From Burkholderiales bacterium (GTDB taxonomy: Bacteria; Pseudomonadota; Gammaproteobacteria; Burkholderiales; CAIKXV01), in contig JACMMK010000197.1 of the NCBI GenBank assembly GCA_014379045.1, forward strand, positions 1-34,615: 34,615 bases of DNA, written 5' to 3'. How positions within the stretch are numbered: position 1 is the stretch's first letter; each line of letters opens with the position of its first letter. The notes beneath the pieces were generated by a model. The model saw only the letters and a list, made by a program, of their open reading frames with translations, had not been told where the DNA came from and made no database searches. The position numbers and the translations under genes were made by a program. Of the stretch, positions 26,242 through 34,615 are shown piece after piece.

Positions 26242-27254
26242 CGCGACTTGAACAGCTCACTCAATGGTTCGGCAGGTACGTCTTGGTCGCGTCCGTGCTA
26301 GCGGCCGCGCTTGCCGCGACTGCACAGGCACAGACAACGGCCACCGATCGCAGCAAGTGGCCGGCGCGTCTGACGTTCGCGACCGGACCGGTGGGCGGCT
26401 TTGGCCATACTACCGGCAGTCCGTGGGCATCGATCGTCGGGGCCGAAGTCGGCGTGCCGCTGTCGGTGGAGTCTACCGCCGGATTTCCGATCAACGTGTT
26501 GATGCTCGAGGATCGCAAGGCCGACGTGGTCGTGACCACGAGCGACCTCGCGTTCGAGGGATGGGAAGGTGCCGACTGGACCAAGGATCGCAAGCTGCGC
26601 GCGCAACGGGTGCTGCTGGTGATGGGACCGAACGCACTGCAGATCTACGCGTCGAGGAAATCGGGCATCAAGACACTCAGCGATCTCAATGGTCGCAGCG
26701 CGAATCCGAGTCGTCGGCGGTCGGGCTCCGATCTGATGTTCCGCGATTTGCTCGACGCCCTCGACATCAAGCCTTCGCGGATCACCAACATGAGTCCGGG
26801 CGACGCCAACAGTCTGCTCGCGGACGGCCGGCTCGATATCGCAGTGGTCACCGGCAGCCCGCCGCACCCGGCTGTGTCGGAGTTCGACAGCGTCCACGAA
26901 ATGGTGATGATCGGTCTGTCGGATTCTGAACGGCAAAGATTCCTGCAGAAAAGTCCGTCCCTGGGTCCGTACGATATCCCCGCGGGGTCGTACCGGGGCG
27001 CGACCGCGGCGGTCAAGACGGTCGCGAGTTACGTGGTGGTGTCTGCGCGCGCCGACCTGCCCGACAGCCTCGCCTACGCCCTGGTCAAGGCCACCTTCGA
27101 CAAGCAGGCAGCGCTGACCGGGGCGCACAAGTCGTTCGCGCAGGTCGCGGCCAAAGATATCCTCTTCTCAACGATCGCGATCCACCCGGGGGCCGCACGC
27201 TTCTACGCCGAACGTGGCATCGCGTTACCCGACAAGCTGAAAACGGGGAACTGA
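26238..27254 (+). CDS. TAXI-family TRAP transporter solute-binding protein
   Basis: Signal peptide ...AAALAATAQAQ, then LTFATGPVGGFGHTTGSPWASIV, and a C-terminal IAIHPGAARFYAERG typical of TAXI/NMT1-like receptors. ATGA overlap with the permease stop. The first 215 residues of the 553-aa track ORF are an out-of-frame read through the permease. Confidence 0.85.
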   Translation: MTRLEQLTQWFGRYVLVASVLAAALAATAQAQTTATDRSKWPARLTFATGPVGGFGHTTGSPWASIVGAEVGVPLSVESTAGFPINVLMLEDRKADVVVTTSDLAFEGWEGADWTKDRKLRAQRVLLVMGPNALQIYASRKSGIKTLSDLNGRSANPSRRRSGSDLMFRDLLDALDIKPSRITNMSPGDANSLLADGRLDIAVVTGSPPHPAVSEFDSVHEMVMIGLSDSERQRFLQKSPSLGPYDIPAGSYRGATAAVKTVASYVVVSARADLPDSLAYALVKATFDKQAALTGAHKSFAQVAAKDILFSTIAIHPGAARFYAERGIALPDKLKTGN

Positions 27255-27256
27255 CG

Positions 27257-27889
27257 ATGGTCCGAATCTGGGGACGCCGGGCGGCATTGAACGTGCAGAA
27301 GGTGCTGTGGTGCGCCGACGAGGCGGGCATCGCGTACACGCAGATCGACGCGGGTCAACACCACGGCGTCGTCAACGAGCCGCGCTATCGTGCGCTAAAC
27401 CCCAACGGGCGGATCCCGACGATCGAGGACGGCGCACTCGTGTTGTGGGAATCGAACGCGATCGTGCGCTACCTGTGCGCGCGCTATGCGATGGGAACGC
27501 TCTGTCCGAAAGACCTCGGCGCGCGCGCCGATGCGGATCGATGGATGGATTGGCAGGCGACGACACTCTTCCAGCCGACCTTCAGGACCTACTACCTGAC
27601 GATCACCCGTACCCCGACGGCCGAGCAGGATCAAGCGCAGCTGGCCGGCCTGCACCGGAATCTGGTGGAGATGTTCTCGCTGCTCAATGCACACCTCGCC
27701 GGGCAGGCGTTCGTCGGCGGTGACACGTTCACGATGGGTGACATTCCGGTCGGCACCGTCATCGACAAGTGGATGCGCATCCCGGTTGCACGTCCGCCGA
27801 TGACGCAGCTCGAAGCCTACTACCAACGACTGAATGCACGCTCGGCGTACCGGACTCACGTATCCGGCTTTGCCTACGACGCCATCTGA
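27257..27889 (+). CDS. gstB: glutathione S-transferase, GstB-like
   Basis: IWGRRAALNVQKVLWC...NPNGRIPTIEDG..VLWESNAIVRYL...RWMDW closely parallels my recollection of E. coli GstB. Confidence 0.7.
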   Translation: MVRIWGRRAALNVQKVLWCADEAGIAYTQIDAGQHHGVVNEPRYRALNPNGRIPTIEDGALVLWESNAIVRYLCARYAMGTLCPKDLGARADADRWMDWQATTLFQPTFRTYYLTITRTPTAEQDQAQLAGLHRNLVEMFSLLNAHLAGQAFVGGDTFTMGDIPVGTVIDKWMRIPVARPPMTQLEAYYQRLNARSAYRTHVSGFAYDAI

Positions 27890-27931
27890 TTCGATGACCG
27901 CCCGACCGCCGAAATCAAGGAAAGGACTCGC

Positions 27932-28648
27932 ATGATCGACCTCCATACCTGGCCCACGCCCAATGGCCGCAAGATTCACATCATGCTCGAGGAGACGGGT
28001 TTGCCGTATTCGGTGCACCCGGTGAATACGCGCAGCGGCGACCAGTTCGCGCCTGCGTTCCTGAAGATCAGTGCGAACAACAAGATCCCGGCGATCGTCG
28101 ATCGCGACGGGCCGGGTGGCAAGCCGCTTGCGCTGTTCGAGTCGGGTGCGATCCTGCTCTACCTGGCCGAAAAATCGGGCCGGTTCCTGCCTCGAGAGCC
28201 GCACACGCGCTTCACGACGCTGCAGTGGTTGATGTTCCAGATGAGCGGGGTGGGTCCGATGTTCGGGCAGGCGAGCCACTTCCGGGCGTACTCGAAAGAC
28301 CAGCACGGGTATTCGATCGAGCGTTACACCAATGAGGTCATGCGCTTGCATCGCGTGCTCGATATCCGCCTCGGTGAGGCACCGTACCTCGCCGGCGACG
28401 ACTACACGATCGCCGATATCGCGACCTTTCCCTGGATGGTGAACGGCGCCAAGCGCGGAGCGCGTCTGGCGGACTATCCGAACGTGAAGCGTTGGTACGA
28501 AGCAATCGAGATCCGTCCGGCGGTCGTGCGCGGCATGGCGCTGCTGGCCGAAGAGCGCAAGTCACTCGACCAGACACCCACCGATGCCGAACGCGAGGTG
28601 ATGTTCGGCACGATCCAGCACCAGCGCAACCAGAAAGTCAGCTCATGA
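27932..28648 (+). CDS. yfcG: Nu-class glutathione transferase, YfcG-like
   Basis: MIDLHTWPTPNGRKIHIMLEE...GDQF.P.FLKIS.NNKIPAIVD...LFESGAILLYLAEK.G.FLP is nearly collinear with remembered E. coli YfcG. Confidence 0.75.
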   Translation: MIDLHTWPTPNGRKIHIMLEETGLPYSVHPVNTRSGDQFAPAFLKISANNKIPAIVDRDGPGGKPLALFESGAILLYLAEKSGRFLPREPHTRFTTLQWLMFQMSGVGPMFGQASHFRAYSKDQHGYSIERYTNEVMRLHRVLDIRLGEAPYLAGDDYTIADIATFPWMVNGAKRGARLADYPNVKRWYEAIEIRPAVVRGMALLAEERKSLDQTPTDAEREVMFGTIQHQRNQKVSS

Positions 28649-29679
28649 AAGCGATGATGCTGCGCGCCGGTGGCGACATGCGCTACGAGACGGTGCCCGA
28701 TCCCGTGCTCGCCGACAACCAGGTCGTGGTCAAGGTGCACGCGTGCTCGATCTGCGGTTCGGATTTGCATGCGTTCCACGGCAAGCATCCGCGCCTGACC
28801 TTTCCCCGCATTCTGGGGCACGAGTTCGCCGGCGAAGTCGTCGAGGTAGGCCGCGGCGTGAAGACAGTGCGCGTGGGCGCGCGTGTCTGCTGCGATGTCG
28901 ACCTCGCGTGCGGCGAATGCGGACCTTGCAAGGCGGGCCGCGGCAATATTTGCGAACGTCTGCGTACGATGGGCTTCGATACCGATGGGGCCTACGCCGA
29001 GTATGCGGCGGTGCCGGACTTCAATCTCTATCCGTTGCCCGACAACGTCACCTACGACCAGGCCTCGGCGGTGCAGGTGCTCGGCATCAGCTACCACGCG
29101 GTGGCCGATCGGGTGAAACCGCAGGCCGGCGATCGTATCGCCGTCATCGGTGCCGGGCCGATCGGCCTCGGCGCGGCATTGATTGCACAGTCGCTGGGCG
29201 CGGAGGTGACGATCCTCGACCTGCTCGACTACCGCCTGGCTTTGGCGCAGCGGCTCGGCGTCGCGGGCACGATGAACGCGCGCGAACTGCGCGCGAGCGA
29301 GTGGGCGAGGTCGGTGACCGGCGGCCAGGGCTTCGACAAGGTCATCGAGTGTGTCGGGGGCTTGCAGGAGCGCACGATCGCCGACGCCATCGGCATGGTC
29401 AAGCGCGGCGGACAGATCACGATCGTCGGCACGTTTCCGGAGAACAAGGCGACCGTGCCGATCGCCTTCTTGAAGGACCGCGAGATCGACATCAACTTTT
29501 CGCGCGGAAACTTCAGAGCCTTTGCGCCGTGCCTCGACCTCGTCGCGACCGGAAAGATTGACCCCGACGCGTACATCAGCCATCGCTTCCCGCTGCGTCG
29601 TGCCGAAGACGCGCTGAAGCTGCTACAGGCGCGAGATGTCGAAGCCCACAAGATCGTGCTCCATCCCCAGGAACTTTGA
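28645..29679 (+). CDS. Zn-dependent medium-chain alcohol/polyol dehydrogenase
   Basis: CSICGSDLHAFHG, GHEFAGEVVEVG, structural-Zn motif CGECGPCKAG, Rossmann VIGAGPIGLG. ATG 28645 overlaps the yfcG-like stop (ATGA). Confidence 0.85.
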   Translation: MKAMMLRAGGDMRYETVPDPVLADNQVVVKVHACSICGSDLHAFHGKHPRLTFPRILGHEFAGEVVEVGRGVKTVRVGARVCCDVDLACGECGPCKAGRGNICERLRTMGFDTDGAYAEYAAVPDFNLYPLPDNVTYDQASAVQVLGISYHAVADRVKPQAGDRIAVIGAGPIGLGAALIAQSLGAEVTILDLLDYRLALAQRLGVAGTMNARELRASEWARSVTGGQGFDKVIECVGGLQERTIADAIGMVKRGGQITIVGTFPENKATVPIAFLKDREIDINFSRGNFRAFAPCLDLVATGKIDPDAYISHRFPLRRAEDALKLLQARDVEAHKIVLHPQEL

Positions 29680-29760
29680 GCGCTGTCGCATTTGCCCAAC
29701 CCGGTGATGGTCGCCCGTGGCCCAACAAGAGGCACCCACACCGATAACACGGAGGATGAA

Positions 29761-30744
29761 GTGCAATACAACCTAAAGTGGAGCCTGCTGGGCTGCGTGA
29801 TCGCGTTGTGCCTGACAAGCGCACACGACACTTCCGCGCAGAATACTTATCCGGTGCGTCCGATACGCATCCTTGTGCCGTTTCCCGCGGGCGGCGCAGC
29901 CGACGTTATCGGGCGTTCTATCGGCGATCAACTTTCGGGCCAAGTCGGGCAGCCCGTCGTGATCGACAACCGCCCGGGGGCGGGCGGTCGATTGGCGACC
30001 GAGCTCCTCGTCAATGCCAATCCCGACGGCTACACGCTGCTGGTGGGAACCGTCGGTGGCATCTCGATCAGTCCCGCGCTCTATCGGAAGCTTTCGTACG
30101 ATCCGGCACGCGACATCCTGTCGATCACGCATGCGGCGGAGATCATCAATGTGCTCGCGGTACCCACGTCGATCAATGTGTCGAACGTGAGGGAGTTCAT
30201 CGACTGGGTGAAGGGCCAACCGGCCGAGGTGCGTTTCGGCACGTCGGGCACCGGTCAACCCGACCACCTGGCCGGCGAACTGTTCCGCCGCATGGCGGCT
30301 GTGCGGATGACCTACGTCCCCTACAAAGGCGGCGGGCCTGCCCTGGTCGATCTGATCTCAGGCGACCTGCATCTGATGTTCGCCACCTATGTGGTCGCGC
30401 TGCCGCATGTGAAATCCGGTCGCTTGCGCATGCTCGCCGTCACTACGCCGAAGCGTCAGCCATTGTTGCCGGACCTGCCCGCGATCGCGGAGACGTTGAA
30501 CGGGTTCGGCCTGAACAACTGGAACGGTATCTTCGCGCCAGGCAAGACGCCGGTCGTCATCGCGGACCGCCTGTTCGTCGAGATCAATAAGGCGCTGCAG
30601 GCCCCCGAAGTCAGGAAACGGCAGGCAGCTGCTGGAATCGAACCGGGAGGCAGCCCTTCACGGGAAGCGTTCGCCCGGTTTGTGCACGAAGAGACCGCGC
30701 GTTGGGCCAAGGTGGTCAAGGACGCCGACATTGTCGTGGAGTAG
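29761..30744 (+). CDS. Bug-family (TctC-like) substrate-binding protein
   Basis: Signal peptide LLGCVIALCLTSAHDTSA, then YPVRPIRILVPFPAGGAADV, NRPGAGG and PDGYTLL. GTG 29761 follows GGAGGA. Confidence 0.85.
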   Translation: MQYNLKWSLLGCVIALCLTSAHDTSAQNTYPVRPIRILVPFPAGGAADVIGRSIGDQLSGQVGQPVVIDNRPGAGGRLATELLVNANPDGYTLLVGTVGGISISPALYRKLSYDPARDILSITHAAEIINVLAVPTSINVSNVREFIDWVKGQPAEVRFGTSGTGQPDHLAGELFRRMAAVRMTYVPYKGGGPALVDLISGDLHLMFATYVVALPHVKSGRLRMLAVTTPKRQPLLPDLPAIAETLNGFGLNNWNGIFAPGKTPVVIADRLFVEINKALQAPEVRKRQAAAGIEPGGSPSREAFARFVHEETARWAKVVKDADIVVE

Positions 30745-30797
30745 CAAAACCGATGTCGGCCGGCGCGCGCCGGATCGTCGCAGCGGAGGAGTGCGCA

Positions 30798-31688
30798 ATG
30801 GCAGTCACAGGCATAGTCGGTGCAGGTTTAATGGGTACGGCGATGACCCGAAGGCTCGTCGAGGCTGGGTTCGAGGTGTGCGTCTTCGATATCGACGAGT
30901 CGAAGCGTTCCGCGCTCGTCGGCCCGCAGGTACGCGCGGCAGATTCGCTCGCTGAACTGACGCGCCGATGCACCGCGGTGATTCTGGCGGTGTTCGACAC
31001 CAGCCAGGTCGAGCAGGTGCTAGAAGGCGTGGGCGGCATGCTCGATTCAGCTGCCGAGGGCGCCCGGTTGCCAGTGGTGATCTGCACCAGTACCTGTGAC
31101 CCCGATCGCCTGGCGGCACTGTCCGCGCGAGTGCACGCGCGTGGCCTGTCGTTTCTAGAAGCGCCCTTGTCAGGTACCAGCCGCCAGATGGCGGCGGGCG
31201 ACGCGGTCGGACTCATCGGAGGCGATCGCGCCGTGGTGGAGGAATCGGCTGCGGTGCTCGATGCGATCTGTCCCGCGCGCCACTACGTTGGGGCGTTGGG
31301 GAACGGCTCACGCGCCAAGCTCGTGGTCAATCTCATCCTCGGATTGAACCGGGCCGCAATCGCCGAAGGCCTGGTCTTCGCCGAGCGTCTCGGGCTCGAT
31401 CGCGAAGCGATGCTCGGCGTCGCACGCGCGTCTGCCGCGTACTCGAGCGTGATGGAAACGAAGGGGCCGTTGATGGCCCGCCGCGAGTTCGCGAATCCGC
31501 AAAGCCGTGTCGACCAGAGCCTCAAGGATTTCAAGCTCATGTTGCAGCAGGCCGAAGCAGCGCGGCAGTTGCTGCCGTTCGCCGCGGTTTACGTACGGTT
31601 GCTCGAGGACTGCGTGCAGCTCGGTCAGGCCGCTTGGGACAACGCTGCGATCGTCGAGGCCATCGCGCGCCGTCGGCACCCCGACTAG
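30798..31688 (+). CDS. NAD(P)-dependent oxidoreductase, HIBADH family
   Basis: GIVGAGLMGTAMTRRLVEAGFEV and a later SRAKLVVNLILG. ATG 30798 follows GGAGGAG. ATG 30753 is an alternative start. Confidence 0.75.
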   Translation: MAVTGIVGAGLMGTAMTRRLVEAGFEVCVFDIDESKRSALVGPQVRAADSLAELTRRCTAVILAVFDTSQVEQVLEGVGGMLDSAAEGARLPVVICTSTCDPDRLAALSARVHARGLSFLEAPLSGTSRQMAAGDAVGLIGGDRAVVEESAAVLDAICPARHYVGALGNGSRAKLVVNLILGLNRAAIAEGLVFAERLGLDREAMLGVARASAAYSSVMETKGPLMARREFANPQSRVDQSLKDFKLMLQQAEAARQLLPFAAVYVRLLEDCVQLGQAAWDNAAIVEAIARRRHPD

Positions 31689-31727
31689 CGCTGCGGGGGG
31701 TGCCGGCGATCGGCTGACAGGTCGTCG

Positions 31728-32678
31728 CTAAGCACGCATGCCGCGTGCGGTCTCGGCATCCTGATGAGTGTCCGTTCGTCGAGTTTGAGGGGCCTGCGCG
31801 CGCGGGTGCGGCCCGCGCTGCGCGGCCACGGGATCGTTGAACGGTCGCTCGCCCACGAACTGCAGCCGGTGCATGATCCTGCGCGCCGAGGGGTCGAACG
31901 GGGTTCGGTGATGCATCAGGCAGCGGTTGTCCCAGATCAGCACGTCGCCTAGTTGCCACACGTGGGTCCAGGTAAATCGCTCAGACGTGGCATGCGCCCA
32001 AAGCATGTCGATCAGCGCTTCTGATTCCGCGAGCGACAGGCCACGCACGTAGGCGTTCGGCCGCCGCCCGAGGTACAGCGTGTTGTAGCCCGTCTCCGGG
32101 TGCGTGCGCACGATCGGGTGCCACGGGCCGGGCGCGTTGACCGGGTCGGTGACCGGCGCGAAGCCGCGCCGCAGTACGCCCGCGCTGTTGTAGGTCAAGT
32201 CGTGCTTGATCTCCAGCGCGTCGAGCCGCGCCTTGAGCACCGGCGCGAGTGTTTCGTACGCGAGATACATGTTGGCAAAGCAGGTGTCGCCACCGGCCTC
32301 GGGTAGCTCGACGGCGTACAGCAGACTGTAGCTGAGCGGCGTCTCGCGGTAAGAGTTGTCCGAATGCCAGACCACCTCCGCATCGCCGAGCACGCCTATG
32401 GGCAGACCGTCTTCCTTCACGTTCGAGACGATCAGCACTTCGGGACGCTCGCGCGCCTTTTGACCATCGACGAACGCGAGCGGAGAAAAATCGAGCTCGC
32501 CCAGCCGGCGTCCGAACGCGACCAGTTGTTCGTCGCTCAACGACTGACGGCGAAACAACAGCAGGCCGTGTTCGAGTAACGCGTGTGCGATCGCGGCGAT
32601 GACCTGATCGTTCGTGTCGGTCAGCAACACGTGGTGTGCCTGCGCACCGACGACTGGGGAAATGGGCGTGAAGTTCAC
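31728..32678 (-). CDS. TauD/TfdA-family Fe(II)/2-oxoglutarate dioxygenase (paralogue of 22183-23136)
   Basis: WHSDNSY (HxD), GGDTCFANM, IWDNRCLMHHR, RRIMHRLQF. GTG 32678 overlaps the upstream Bug stop (GTGA). The track start at 32891 adds an Arg/Ala-rich read through the Bug gene. Confidence 0.85.
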   Translation of the reverse strand: MNFTPISPVVGAQAHHVLLTDTNDQVIAAIAHALLEHGLLLFRRQSLSDEQLVAFGRRLGELDFSPLAFVDGQKARERPEVLIVSNVKEDGLPIGVLGDAEVVWHSDNSYRETPLSYSLLYAVELPEAGGDTCFANMYLAYETLAPVLKARLDALEIKHDLTYNSAGVLRRGFAPVTDPVNAPGPWHPIVRTHPETGYNTLYLGRRPNAYVRGLSLAESEALIDMLWAHATSERFTWTHVWQLGDVLIWDNRCLMHHRTPFDPSARRIMHRLQFVGERPFNDPVAAQRGPHPRAQAPQTRRTDTHQDAETARGMRA

Positions 32679-33658
32679 GTCAACCCCAACCGTGACTTCG
32701 TGCGCTCCATCTCCTGCACATCCTGCAACAGCTGCGCGCGCAGATCGTCCGGACCCTGGAAGCCGTCGAGCTGCGTCTCCTGGCGCAGGTAGGCCTTCCA
32801 CTCCACACCCTGCTGCGCGCGCTGCAGCGCGGCTGCGAGGCGCTCGACGATAGGCCTCGGTGTGCCAGCGCGCGTGATCATCCCGCGCCATTGATAGCGC
32901 ACGATGTCCCAGCCGCGTTCTCTATAGGTCGGCACCTCGGGAAAGTCGTCGAGCCGGCGTTCGGACGAGACCGCAAGCACCCGCACCTTACCGGTATTGA
33001 CGAAGGGCTTGGCGATCCCCGGGTTGGTCGCCACCGCGTCGACCTGTCCGCCCGCGATCGCCGCGAGCGCCGGCCCGCCGCCGGGATACGGAATCCATGT
33101 GGTGCGGATCTTCGCCGCTTCGGCGAACAGCTCCCACGCAACCCGGTGCGCGCCGATGTTGAACGGGCCGCCGACTGAAATGAACTCGGGCTTGCGACGC
33201 GCGAACCCGACGAATTCGTCGATCGTGCGAAACGGCGTGGAGGCATGGACGAGCAGCGCATACGGGTCGAGCTGTGACCGCGCGATCATCTGCAGGTCGT
33301 CGACCTTGAAGCCTGCGTTCGGCTCGCTGAACAGCGTGGCCAGCGTCGTGGTCGCGGCCGCGATCGTATAGCCGTTCGCCGGCGCCTTGATCAACGCGTT
33401 GATCATGATGATGCCGTTGGCGCCGGTGCGGTTCTCGACCACTACCGATTGTCCGAGTTCGTTCGACAGCAGCTTGGCCATGATGCGCGAATAGATGTCG
33501 ACCGGCGATCCGGGCGCTGACCAGCACAGCAACGTGATCGGGCGCGTCGGATACGACGGCGGTCCCTGCGCCAATGCGGCGAACGGCGTGCCGGCCAGCG
33601 CCGCGAGCAACCGGCGGCGAGGCGTGTCGAGCGTGACGCTTTTCGTCCCGAACTTCAT
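32675..33658 (-). CDS. Bug-family (TctC-like) substrate-binding protein
   Basis: RRRLLAALAGTPFAALAQG signal (Tat-like RR), YPTRPITLLCWSAPGSPVD, NRTGANG, ANGYTIA. The ATG overlaps the stop of the upstream Bug gene. Confidence 0.85.
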   Translation of the reverse strand: MKFGTKSVTLDTPRRRLLAALAGTPFAALAQGPPSYPTRPITLLCWSAPGSPVDIYSRIMAKLLSNELGQSVVVENRTGANGIIMINALIKAPANGYTIAAATTTLATLFSEPNAGFKVDDLQMIARSQLDPYALLVHASTPFRTIDEFVGFARRKPEFISVGGPFNIGAHRVAWELFAEAAKIRTTWIPYPGGGPALAAIAGGQVDAVATNPGIAKPFVNTGKVRVLAVSSERRLDDFPEVPTYRERGWDIVRYQWRGMITRAGTPRPIVERLAAALQRAQQGVEWKAYLRQETQLDGFQGPDDLRAQLLQDVQEMERTKSRLGLT

Positions 33659-34615
33659 TCGACTTTCGCGCCCGATGCCTTGACCACCTTGCCCCAGCGC
33701 GCGTAGTCGTCACGGATCAACCGCGCGAATTCCTCCGGCGTGGACGGCGCAGGGTCCAGCCCGATATCGGAGAGTCGCTTCTGCACGTCGGGGGAATTCA
33801 ATGCTCGCACGATCGCGCCGTTGAGCATCACGACCGTCGCGCGCGGGGTTGCGGCAGGTACCGCCACGCCGTACCACTCGTACACATCGGACAGCGCCGG
33901 AAAGCCTTCCTCGATCGCCGTAGGTACGTCCGGCAGCGCCTCGAGCCGCTGCTTGCCGAGTATCGCCAGCGCGCGCAGCTTTCCCGTCTTCACATGCGGC
34001 AGCGGCGCGAAGGGTACGGTGAACATCGTCGCCACTTCTGCGCCCAACAGCGCCGTGGTCGCCGGCGCACCGCCCTTGTACGGGATATGGACCAGGTCCG
34101 TGCCGGTGGTGATTCGAAACAACTCGCCGGCCATCCACGGACCGGCGGACGACGAGCCGAAGGTGAGCTTGCCGGGATGCTGCTTCGCGTACGCGGCGAG
34201 CTCCTTCGTCGACCTCGCAGGCACCGATGGATGCACGACCAGGATGAACGGCATGCTGACGCCATTCGACACGGCGGCGAAATCCTTCAGCGGTGCGTAA
34301 CCCGGGTCGCGATAGAGGTGCGGGTTGATCACGAACGAACCGGAATGCGCGAGCGTCAACGTGTAGCCATCGGGCGCCGCGCGCGCACCGATCGCGGTGC
34401 CGATGCTGCCCTGCGCGCCGCCCCGGTTGTCGATCAGCACCGGTTGTCCGAAGTACTCGGTCAGCTTCGCGCCGATGACCCGGGCGAACCCGTCGGTACC
34501 GCCGCCGGGCGGGAACGGCACGACGAAGCGCACCGGCCGGGTGGGATACTCGCCCGGCTTTTTATCTGCAGCGTATATGGGGAGTGCGGCGAGACAGATC
34601 AGCGTTCCCGCGGCG
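33655..34615 (-). CDS. Bug-family (TctC-like) substrate-binding protein, 5'-truncated by the window edge
   Basis: The frame is open to the right edge: ...AAGTLICLAALPIYAADKKPGEYPTRPVRFVVPFPPGGGTDGF, NRGGAQG, PDGYTLT. The track start at 34533 is an internal GTG. Confidence 0.85.
   Translation of the reverse strand, partial: AAGTLICLAALPIYAADKKPGEYPTRPVRFVVPFPPGGGTDGFARVIGAKLTEYFGQPVLIDNRGGAQGSIGTAIGARAAPDGYTLTLAHSGSFVINPHLYRDPGYAPLKDFAAVSNGVSMPFILVVHPSVPARSTKELAAYAKQHPGKLTFGSSSAGPWMAGELFRITTGTDLVHIPYKGGAPATTALLGAEVATMFTVPFAPLPHVKTGKLRALAILGKQRLEALPDVPTAIEEGFPALSDVYEWYGVAVPAATPRATVVMLNGAIVRALNSPDVQKRLSDIGLDPAPSTPEEFARLIRDDYARWGKVVKASGAKVE

Noticed and set aside
28474-29583. 369-aa minus-strand ORF, and the 28492 start of the dehydrogenase ORF
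   Set aside because: The minus-strand ORF is antisense to the Zn-dehydrogenase. The 51-codon upstream extension overlaps the yfcG-like gene, and MKAMMLRAGG at 28645 is the natural MDR N-terminus.
1-34615. Mobile elements, CRISPR arrays, tRNA/rRNA genes, toxin-antitoxin or known defence systems
   Set aside because: I saw no transposase, integrase or recombinase-like ORF, no spaced direct-repeat array, no cloverleaf-like sequence in the intergenic regions, and no nuclease, helicase or methylase gene sets. All sizeable ORFs are accounted for by transport, regulatory or catabolic families.

Overview
GC-rich window that looks like a Burkholderiales-type betaproteobacterial chromosome. This is inferred from gene content, five Bug/TctC binding proteins and G/C-dominated third codon positions; no search could be run.

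Left 7.6 kb, minus strand: an edge-truncated ExeA/MshM-type AAA ATPase (absent from the ORF track), a sigma-54-dependent response regulator and an ABC ATPase with no permease. These lie divergent from a complete mlaFEDCB operon. A YadG-like ABC-2 ATPase follows it, and its expected permease partner is missing.

At about 7.6-8.5 kb there is an apparent synteny break, with two head-to-head ORFs that both look 5'-truncated.

The remaining ~26 kb is accessory-looking catabolic DNA:
- five orphan Bug/TctC solute-binding proteins with no TctA/TctB
- three Fe(II)/2-oxoglutarate dioxygenases (one PhyH-type, two TauD/TfdA paralogues)
- two LysR regulators
- a tightly translationally coupled nine-gene operon (13092-23136), which opens with a COG0523 GTPase overlapping an amidohydrolase; both carry degenerate metal-binding motifs
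- a LysR-divergent operon (24271-31688) combining a TAXI-TRAP transporter, two glutathione transferases, a Zn-dehydrogenase, a Bug protein and a HIBADH-type dehydrogenase.

I recognised no rRNA, tRNA, CRISPR, transposase, integrase, phage or known defence genes.

The best candidates for something undescribed are the two orphan catabolic operons and the sigma-54 regulator/ExeA-like ATPase module at the left edge. All family calls rest on motifs read by eye and need HMM/BLAST confirmation.
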